Source of the DNA: a virus
Length of the DNA: 64,000 bases
IMG/VR virus record: IMGVR_UViG_3300045988_161046
Coordinates: 1 to 64,000 of that record
Strand: one strand, 5' to 3'
The translations under genes were made by a program, and so were the position numbers. Shown here in pieces: positions 55,767-62,174 of this stretch. Position 1 is the stretch's first letter. The number at the start of each line of letters is the position of its first letter. The notes beneath the pieces were generated by a model that was not told where the DNA came from, ran no database searches, and saw only the letters and a list, made by a program, of their open reading frames with translations.

Positions 55767-56027
55767 TTATAAAGAAATTGATAACAACACACACACCGCC
55801 GCGGTAATTAGATTAATACCTATAATTTGAAGCCCGGTAACTGTCACGCCTTCACCGTCGCTTGCAAAGTAAGTTTCAGGCTTAAAAAGCCACTGCCAGG
55901 CGGCTTTTATAGCCGCAAAGGTACTTTTGTTCAGGCGTGCAAAAAGAAGGGCACACACCGCGAATAAAATGCTTACTAGTTCGGCCGTACCTGGACGGCG
56001 TGAAAAAATGATATTATAATTATTCAT
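55767..56027 (-). CDS. small membrane protein
   Basis: It has two hydrophobic segments, LVSILFAVCALLFA and IIGINLITAAVCVLLSI. Confidence 0.5.
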   Translation of the reverse strand: MNNYNIIFSRRPGTAELVSILFAVCALLFARLNKSTFAAIKAAWQWLFKPETYFASDGEGVTVTGLQIIGINLITAAVCVLLSISL

Positions 56028-56126
56028 GATCCTAATATTTTAAATGTTCTATAATAGAGGGTGCCGGCGGGAACGATCCACCGTTTAAGGCCTCAAACCT
56101 TAGCACCCCGAAATCTTTAAATTATA

Positions 56127-56564
56127 TTATAGCGCTGCCATCATAGCAACGGCCGCGTTAACGGTTTTAGCCTGGTTCATGTTTGTGATTTCTGGAGTGT
56201 GATCTTGAACGAATTTCTTTTGTTCAGTACTCAACGCCGCAAAATTAGCCGCGAACGCCTGGACAAACGCCTCCACCTTCTCGTGTTCGTTTTGTGCTAC
56301 TGCCTGGATCTCCAGGCATAAAGGTTCACGCATACTTTTAGGGAATTTATCTACAGCGTGCAAAAGCGCCGTTTCGTACTGGAAAGATTCCCAGGTTCTA
56401 TTTAAATAAGACACGCGGGAATGTTCGTAATATTTACCGCCTCCACTTGCAAAAACATGGTGACAGAAGCCGTTTTTTGTGTTGGTCGTGTCACAAGTAA
56501 AATAAACGTGTTCGCCGTTTACTACAAAATTAAATGTTTTAGTATTATATCTTTTTGTTGCCAT
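56127..56564 (-). CDS. hypothetical protein
   Basis: Taken from the ORF track. Confidence 0.55.
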   Translation of the reverse strand: MATKRYNTKTFNFVVNGEHVYFTCDTTNTKNGFCHHVFASGGGKYYEHSRVSYLNRTWESFQYETALLHAVDKFPKSMREPLCLEIQAVAQNEHEKVEAFVQAFAANFAALSTEQKKFVQDHTPEITNMNQAKTVNAAVAMMAAL

Positions 56565-56627
56565 AATTTTTTAATTTTAAAATGTTCTATAATAAGGGCC
56601 GCCGGAACGGCCCCCGTTAACTATATA

Positions 56628-56996
56628 TTACAGACGGATCTCCTCTAATTTTCCAAGGTCGAAAATTGCAATTTGTTCATTTGCACGACCCGCCTCGATA
56701 GCTTCAGCGCGATTCTCAAAAATCACTGTTGCATCATAATAATAAAAACCGCTTTCGGAATCATACCACCCGCCGAATGCTAAGGTACGGCCGTTTAAAT
56801 CATCTAAAGCCTGTAGTTTCTCAATGACATTTGCCACCTTTGCCAGACCTTCAGCCCCGAAACTGTTTTGGGTCTTCTTTAATGCTACGGCATAGCCTGT
56901 AGTTACAGGCTGCAGAGTTGCAGCGTTAACGGTAAAACCTTCTGGGTTTAAAGCTGCAATTGCAGCAACACTTGAGATAATTAAATTCTTTTTCAT
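56628..56996 (-). CDS. hypothetical protein (first gene after the promoter region at 57.0-57.2 kb)
   Basis: Taken from the ORF track. Confidence 0.55.
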   Translation of the reverse strand: MKKNLIISSVAAIAALNPEGFTVNAATLQPVTTGYAVALKKTQNSFGAEGLAKVANVIEKLQALDDLNGRTLAFGGWYDSESGFYYYDATVIFENRAEAIEAGRANEQIAIFDLGKLEEIRL

Positions 56997-57042
56997 AACT
57001 TTAATTTTTTAAATGTTTGTACTATGTTTTATTTTTATGCTG

Positions 57043-57050
57043 CAAAAGTA
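57043..57050 (-). promoter_or_regulatory. -7 box TACTTTTG with TTTG 20 nt upstream (minus strand)
   Basis: The minus-strand reading is TTTGGCGGTTCAATATTTTATTATTACTTTTG. It lies about 47 nt upstream of the ATG at 56996. Confidence 0.5.
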
Positions 57051-57229
57051 ATAATAAAATATTGAACCGCCAAATATTTTGCAAAGAAAATACTTAAAAG
57101 ATAGTATTTTTAACCTTTATTTGCAATAACATGATAGTATCTTTACAAAATAAATACTATTATATGGTTACAAACAAATAATAGCTATTATATTATATTA
57201 TTATATATACCTTATTATATATAGAGAAA

Positions 57230-57700
57230 GAACAAAAGCAAGAAGAAGGGAAGGAAGAGAGAGAACCAGGGCGAAGGATGCCGCCGCCATCTTCGCCCGT
57301 TCCTCGCCTCTCTTCCTGTTCTGTCTGCTGCCCCACCGTCCACACCATCGCCAGCGCTCACCCTCTCGCCACGTCGCACAAGCAGCCAGGGCGAGAGGAA
57401 GGGCGAGCACCTCGTCCGGTTCTGGGCGATACCATCGCCACACCTCGCCACACCTCGCCACCGATTGACCAGCAGCCACAGGGCAGCGCCTCGACGGTCT
57501 GCCATCCTGCCCGCCTCGTCCCCGCCTCTCTTCCAATCCGTCAGATGGTGAGGGTAGGGCAGCGAGCCAGCCAGGGCGGCGATCCTCTCCAGCTCACCCC
57601 GTCGACCCTCTCGCCCGTCCTCGGCAATGTGGAGGGCATATTACAGGGACGACAAAAAGAGGTTAGAGGGGGAAGCTAACCAGTGTGGCGGCGCAGTCTT
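57230..57700. other. GC-rich, C-skewed (plus-strand) island with no credible coding frame; dense GGCGAG/CAGGGCG boxes and hairpins
   Basis: Its composition is clearly different from the flanking AT-rich DNA. Three mutually overlapping low-complexity ORFs cover it. There is a tandem cacctcgcca x2 and imperfect hairpins at about 57254-57318 and 57363-57399. Confidence 0.7.
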
Positions 57701-57903
57701 CCTTGCGAATCAAAGTTCTCAGGATAGACCGCACAAATGTATCGCTCTAAATATCAATTATTTAATTTCTCCGCTAGGCTATGCCGTGCAAAGCCGGTGT
57801 AGCGGGGAAATGGTAATTGTACTTAAAGTGTAAAAGATAACTAATTAAAACACAAATAGTTATAGGGGTGAATAAATAATTCGTTTTAGTAGTTTAGGTA
57901 AGA

Positions 57904-57998
57904 CTTTTGCCATTACAGGGCGAATCGAAACCGCACGCCTATACCCAGGGCGATGCCCTGGGCTAGGAGCTTCTGCCACTTCAGGGCGTGCAGCTTGA
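57904..57998 (-). repeat. REP-like element, copy B (inverted relative to 46369-46463)
   Basis: By-eye alignment of its reverse complement shows two well-conserved arms flanking a divergent ~18-nt core. Confidence 0.85.
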
Positions 57999-58049
57999 AA
58001 TAGCCAATGCTTCCATGGCGTGCGGCTTATATTCTTCCTATTCTGCCGA

Positions 58050-58808
58050 TTAATAATCATACAGCGAAAAGGCAGTGGGACCTTCCAGTTTGAAAGCGGT
58101 CTCTACATATACCAGCTGACTTATGTAGTTTCGATAAGCTTTATATTCGGTACGGCAAGCATTAGCGGCATAAGTCAAGGAGCCATGCTCATTTACGCCG
58201 CCATCCTCTATGCCGGCATTGGTTAACGCGCCTCTTACTATATCAAAGCGGTCTTCTATCATCGCATTATAGCGAGCCAAAGGTGCAAGAGTCTCCTCTA
58301 GGCTCATAGGTACCGACTGAAATACCTGGTTGCCGAGACTGATGCCGCCACCTGCTACCTTATGAAATACCTGACGATATACCTCGAATACCGGACGAAC
58401 CCTGCGGGCGATAAAAAACTCAAGGCATGGAACACTAAGCATGTAAGCATTCTGCGGGCGGCCCATCACGCTTTTACCGTCAGTTTGCGTGTCATCAGAC
58501 TTTTCCCCATTTTGGGGGAAAACTCCCGACTTTTTGCCATTTTGGGCAAAAACTCCAGACTTTTGAGCATTCTGGGAGAAAACTCCAGACTTTTGAGCAT
58601 TTGTGCTCAAAACCTGATAATCAATGTCTTTCACGAATAAATTACTCTTTGCTAATGCTCTTACAGCATCGGAGCGGAACTTAAATACCAATGGCCACAC
58701 CTCATCCAAATTCACTGGAAATTCCTCTTTGCTTCTTGAAAGGTTCAACACTTGGATAAAGTAAGCCTTTACCTCACTATCACTACTCTGTTTTGTTAGC
58801 TGAATCAT
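58050..58808 (-). CDS. putative DNA-binding/antirepressor-like protein with internal tandem peptide repeats (start trimmed to MIQLTKQ)
   Basis: The N-terminal FPVNLDEVWPLVFKFRSDAVRAL is reminiscent of phage Ant/KilA-type N-domains, but only weakly. The repeats QNAQKSGVFSQNAQKSGVFAQNGKKSGVFPQNGEKS are encoded by DNA repeats of roughly 30 bp at about 58500-58600. Confidence 0.4.
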   Translation of the reverse strand: MIQLTKQSSDSEVKAYFIQVLNLSRSKEEFPVNLDEVWPLVFKFRSDAVRALAKSNLFVKDIDYQVLSTNAQKSGVFSQNAQKSGVFAQNGKKSGVFPQNGEKSDDTQTDGKSVMGRPQNAYMLSVPCLEFFIARRVRPVFEVYRQVFHKVAGGGISLGNQVFQSVPMSLEETLAPLARYNAMIEDRFDIVRGALTNAGIEDGGVNEHGSLTYAANACRTEYKAYRNYISQLVYVETAFKLEGPTAFSLYDY

Positions 58809-58836
58809 AATCTTAATCTTTTTAAAAGGTGAAACT

Positions 58837-59025
58837 TCATGCTTGCACAAAAGTGGAGCGCAAACACGCAAAAAGAATACTCAAGCCCATATTATAGGAT
58901 ATGGACTGTTCTTGACTCATGCTCCCAGTATCGGGTGGTGCAGTGGCAAGCTGCTCGATTACTGCCGTGGCTGCCTCCTGGAGGTCAGCTTTACCCATTG
59001 GTAGGGTAATGGTTGTTTCTTTCAT
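58837..59025 (-). CDS. hypothetical small protein, first ORF of the leftward operon
   Basis: Taken from the ORF track. Confidence 0.4.
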   Translation of the reverse strand: MKETTITLPMGKADLQEAATAVIEQLATAPPDTGSMSQEQSISYNMGLSILFACLRSTFVQA

Positions 59026-59274
59026 TCTACATTACTAATTTTAATCAGACATTGGTACACATATTTATATATAAAAAGAGGCAGTGTGCCCTTAACCCCT
59101 TGTCTAATGACATAAAACGCTCGAATGTAGGAAAGAGCTTGCCACGATAGCGACATTACATCGCAATCAGGGGAGTTCACACTGCCATATATGTATACGC
59201 AGCCTCTGTATCAGAGACACATCACGTGCTTCGATACTTCCCACATTTCCGAATTTTTATTTTTTTAGACGGTG

Positions 59275-59282
59275 CAAAGATA
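59275..59282 (-). promoter_or_regulatory. -7 box TATCTTTG (minus strand)
   Basis: It matches TAnnTTTG. It would produce a roughly 245-nt leader containing the 59080-59186 hairpin. Confidence 0.4.
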
Positions 59283-59377
59283 AGGAGATTTATCGAAACT
59301 ACCAAACTTTTTCCAAGAAAATTCCATTTTATAAGTAATTTTTCGCCAAAAAACTTGCGTAAATCAATATTTTGTTA

Positions 59378-59385
59378 TACTTTTG
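59378..59385 (+). promoter_or_regulatory. -7 box TACTTTTG (plus strand) upstream of the XRE gene
   Basis: It lies about 32 nt upstream of the ATG at 59417. Confidence 0.45.
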
Positions 59386-59416
59386 CATCCGAACAATAAT
59401 ATATCAGATAAAGATT

Positions 59417-60082
59417 ATGAAGAAACTGGATATAAAAAGAGCCTTGCGTGAACATCACATGACGCAGGTTGAACTTTGCAAGAGAACCGGATTGCTTACT
59501 CAGAACATGAGTCCGATCATAAACGGCAATCCTACCATCTCTAAACTCTTCCAAGTAGCCGAAGGCATCGGCTGCGACATCACCGACCTCTTCTATCCCG
59601 ACCCTGCGGAAGAAGCAGAGGAGAGAGACAAGGCACTCGAAAACGCAAAGAATAGCAAGATGCCGCTGGAACTTATTCTGCGTGACCTGACAAGAAGAGC
59701 CTATCCTAGCATCACGAAAGAGGAAATGGAGGAATGGATGGATGTCATCAGAAATAAGAATATGGTTCCTTGGTTTGATATAAATCCAAGCCAAATGGGT
59801 CTGCAGAATGCGATGGATAAGCTAAGACAATTCGAAGAGGCTAGAAAGAAGCATGAGGGCGAAACTCTGAACGAAACGCTGCGGGGCGATTTGCCGGAAG
59901 GTATCATCAGCAGAGATGTGAAGTTTGTGCAGCAGGGAGCAGGGAGCGAGCCATCCTATCAGGTTCACGAAAACGGACTGGAATCAGAAAACCAGCAGCA
60001 AATAATTCAGACTTCCACCTTCTGCCCTCACTGCGGCAAGAAAGTAAGGGTAGGAGTGGTATTATTAAATGTTGAATGTTGA
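59417..60082 (+). CDS. XRE/Cro-CI-family HTH transcriptional regulator (repressor candidate) with C-terminal CxxC
   Basis: It carries MTQVELCKRTGLLTQNMSPIINGNPTISKLFQVAEGIGCDITDLF. It is divergent from the leftward operon. The start is trimmed from the track value 59372 to MKKLDIK. Confidence 0.7.
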   Translation: MKKLDIKRALREHHMTQVELCKRTGLLTQNMSPIINGNPTISKLFQVAEGIGCDITDLFYPDPAEEAEERDKALENAKNSKMPLELILRDLTRRAYPSITKEEMEEWMDVIRNKNMVPWFDINPSQMGLQNAMDKLRQFEEARKKHEGETLNETLRGDLPEGIISRDVKFVQQGAGSEPSYQVHENGLESENQQQIIQTSTFCPHCGKKVRVGVVLLNVEC

Positions 60083-60122
60083 GTGTTGAATGTTGAATGA
60101 TTTAAACAAAAATTAGAAGAAT

Positions 60123-60974
60123 ATGAAAAAGAATTTTTTATCTATGATGAAACGTTCCATGATGGCTATCTGCACAGTGGTGGCCATGGGAATAATTACG
60201 GCTTCGCTGGCGGCTTGCAGCAGCAGCGAGGACGAGAGCGAGAGCGAGAAGAATGCGGCTAAGGTGAAGGAATATCTTGCCGGAAATGAGTGGACCATCA
60301 ACAGCACCAGCGGTACTTATTCTTACTACAAGAACCACATGGTTTACTATGAGGGCGAAGGAAGCTGGTCATCGGGCGGTCTCTTCGGAGAGCCTAACAC
60401 AGCCTTCGGCTACTGGCAGATGGATGGCGACAGGCTTACTACCCGCTTCGAGGTAGGTACTCCCGAAAGCTTCAATATCAAGAATCTGCTGAACGAGACG
60501 ATTTCGGGCGTGCATCTGCAGGAGAGCAACAAGCTTACGGGAAGCAGGGTATCGGTAAGCATCGATATGAGACCGCTGATTGTGGGTACCTTCGCCAACG
60601 GCAATGAATGCCAGATGAGATGCGGCAATACGCTGAATGATATTTCGGATGAGACGAGCCATGATGCGGCGCTGCGGGGTACCTGGTATTGCATCGTAAC
60701 GATTACAAAGGACGGAAAGAAGAGGGGTTGCATGGGGTCCATGACGTTTAATGAGGATGGCACCATGCACATGGTGATAGAGGGTGAGAAGGACTTCACT
60801 ACCACCTATTCTACGAAGAACGGAAAGGTTACTATCAATGGTTATCTGGTAAAGGATCATGTAGCTACCTTCTATTATACGAACCTTAACGGTATAGAGA
60901 TTAAGCTGTATAGCTGCGAGAACGGCTATCTTTCGTCTATATGGTTTAAAAATAGGGAAGACGCGAAGCGATAA
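60123..60974 (+). CDS. surface-lipoprotein candidate
   Basis: The signal peptide and lipobox ...ITASLAAC are followed by SSSEDESESE. This acidic stretch resembles the Bacteroidota lipoprotein export signal. Confidence 0.65.
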   Translation: MKKNFLSMMKRSMMAICTVVAMGIITASLAACSSSEDESESEKNAAKVKEYLAGNEWTINSTSGTYSYYKNHMVYYEGEGSWSSGGLFGEPNTAFGYWQMDGDRLTTRFEVGTPESFNIKNLLNETISGVHLQESNKLTGSRVSVSIDMRPLIVGTFANGNECQMRCGNTLNDISDETSHDAALRGTWYCIVTITKDGKKRGCMGSMTFNEDGTMHMVIEGEKDFTTTYSTKNGKVTINGYLVKDHVATFYYTNLNGIEIKLYSCENGYLSSIWFKNREDAKR

Positions 60975-61007
60975 AGGTAAAAAAGTAAAAAGGTAAAAAG
61001 GTAAAAA

Positions 61008-61042
61008 GAGCCTAGCGGGAGATAGGGACTCCTGCTAGGCTC
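61008..61042. terminator. bidirectional terminator hairpin (13-bp stem GAGCCTAGCGGGA/TCCTGCTAGGCTC) flanked by inverted GGTAAAAA arrays
   Basis: It lies between convergent genes. The upstream flank is A-rich and the downstream flank is T-rich. The R2 arrays lie at 60974-61008 and 61097-61137. Confidence 0.7.
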
Positions 61043-61053
61043 TTTTCTTTTAG

Positions 61054-61091
61054 GACCAGCGATAGAATCGCTGGGGACGGAGGCAAGGGGG
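61054..61091 (+). repeat. R1 hairpin element copy E6
   Basis: The sequence is GACCAGCGATAGAATCGCTGGGGACGGAGGCAAGGGGG. Confidence 0.9.
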
Positions 61092-61141
61092 TAAGGTTCT
61101 TTTTACCTTTTTACTTTTTTACCTTTTTACCTTTAATAGGG

Positions 61142-61618
61142 TTAAGCATCGCCGCCGTCACCATCGGTGGTGCCGCTGCCTTGAGTGCCGCTGCCGCTTG
61201 CACCGGGTTTAACACCTGCGCCGCCACCTGCAGAAGGAGCAGATACATCGCCCGTTATGTCGAGGTCGCCCAGCTTCACCTTCAGATCTTCGGTTACGAG
61301 AGAGCACAGATAGCTGTAAGGATTGCCTATCTTGTGCTGACCCTTGTAGGCCTTCATCACAAGCAGGTAATGCTCGCTGCCCTTAGGCTTCTCTGTAGAT
61401 GGCTTGTTAGCCTTCCACCATGCGGCGGCAAACTTGCCTTTCGATACGAAAGTCTTGCGAACGGCCTGCTGTGCCTCGGTGTTAGCGTCGGTGAACTCGT
61501 GACGCTCCAATCGGTGAGTAATGCCCGTCTGCTTGTTGACAGCGTAGATAACTCCGCTTCTTGAGCAGAGTTTGCCTGAAATGCTCTCCACATCAGGCGC
61601 AAATTTTACTTTTGCCAT
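61142..61618 (-). CDS. hypothetical protein with G/S/T-rich C-terminal tail
   Basis: Taken from the ORF track. Confidence 0.55.
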   Translation of the reverse strand: MAKVKFAPDVESISGKLCSRSGVIYAVNKQTGITHRLERHEFTDANTEAQQAVRKTFVSKGKFAAAWWKANKPSTEKPKGSEHYLLVMKAYKGQHKIGNPYSYLCSLVTEDLKVKLGDLDITGDVSAPSAGGGAGVKPGASGSGTQGSGTTDGDGGDA

Positions 61619-61790
61619 AACTTTTTAAGAGTTTAAAAGTACAATAAAATAGTTTTTGAGACAGAGACGGGGTTGTTGTGGGCGAGATTTCAACAGGGCG
61701 TGAAACATTCTGCTTTCCTGCTCTATGAAAAGCCGGAAAAGAACCGGTAAGATGAGGGATGAGTTTTCTAGAAAAAGGCTCCTATCTATC

Positions 61791-61835
61791 TTTCGGTATT
61801 GTTTCGGGAATGTTTCGGGATTGTTTCGGGATTGG
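61791..61835 (+). repeat. four tandem 11-bp units (TTTCGGKAWTG)
   Basis: Read directly as tttcggtattg tttcgggaatg tttcgggattg tttcgggattg. Confidence 0.9.
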
Positions 61836-62037
61836 TGTTCCTTCTACAAGCCAAACTTTCGTCCGGAAATCTCTCGGAATCATGCTCCGGGTTTTCTCAT
61901 AAGCAAAGATACGAAAAAGCTGCGTGAAACATCGGACAACATCTGTTTGATTCCCAACGGAAGCTGCCATTATCTGTATGATTTTTATCAAATATTTCCA
62001 GATAATTCTTACGGATATGCCCAGAAATTTACAGATA

Positions 62038-62090
62038 ATTCTCTGATTTTCTCTGATTTTCTCTGATTTTCTCTGAATTTCTCTACATAT
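62038..62090 (+). repeat. five tandem 10-bp units (TTCTCTGATT and variants)
   Basis: Read directly as ttctctgatt x3, then ttctctgaat and ttctctacat. Confidence 0.9.
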
Positions 62091-62105
62091 CTCGGTTTTT
62101 CTTCG

Positions 62106-62113
62106 TATCTTTG
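62106..62113 (+). promoter_or_regulatory. -7 box TATCTTTG (plus strand), first copy of the duplicated TTCGTATCTTTGC
   Basis: It matches TAnnTTTG. It is followed by about 100 ORF-free nt and then the 62175-62228 terminator. Confidence 0.45.
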
Positions 62114-62174
62114 CACCCGAAATTCCGCTGCCCGTAAAAAAGGTGGCGGTGTTATAATCTTTATAAAAGTATTA

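Noticed and set aside
55688-56108. tRNA-like three-way structures in two intergenic regions (55688-55739 and 56059-56108, read on the minus strand). Each has an outer stem GGGTGC/GCACCC, a 5-bp arm with the 7-nt loop TTTGAGG, and a 6-bp arm with a 7-nt loop
   Set aside because: There is no D-arm, no T-loop consensus (ATCGTTC rather than TTCRANY) and no CCA or proper discriminator. The first copy does not reproduce the second arm. They are more simply GC-rich terminator or stability hairpins preceding the conserved leader motif.
57201-57679. ORFs 57201..57536 (-), 57215..57505 (-) and 57278..57679 (+) in the GC-rich island
   Set aside because: The three frames overlap and are mutually exclusive. 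Their products are R/G/W- or P/S-rich and low in complexity. No start context or leader motif is present. I treat the region as non-coding DNA or RNA.
57790-57812. The segment CCGGTGTAGCGGGGAAATGG resembles the 16S rRNA stretch GGTGTAGCGGTGAAATGCG
   Set aside because: The match covers only about 19 nt with mismatches and has no extended rRNA similarity on either side. I treat it as coincidence inside a local hairpin.
61725-62066. The 113-aa plus-strand ORF in the 61.6-62.3 kb intergenic region
   Set aside because: The frame runs through the 11-bp and 10-bp tandem repeat arrays. Its product is low-complexity. No promoter box or leader precedes it. It is most likely non-coding.
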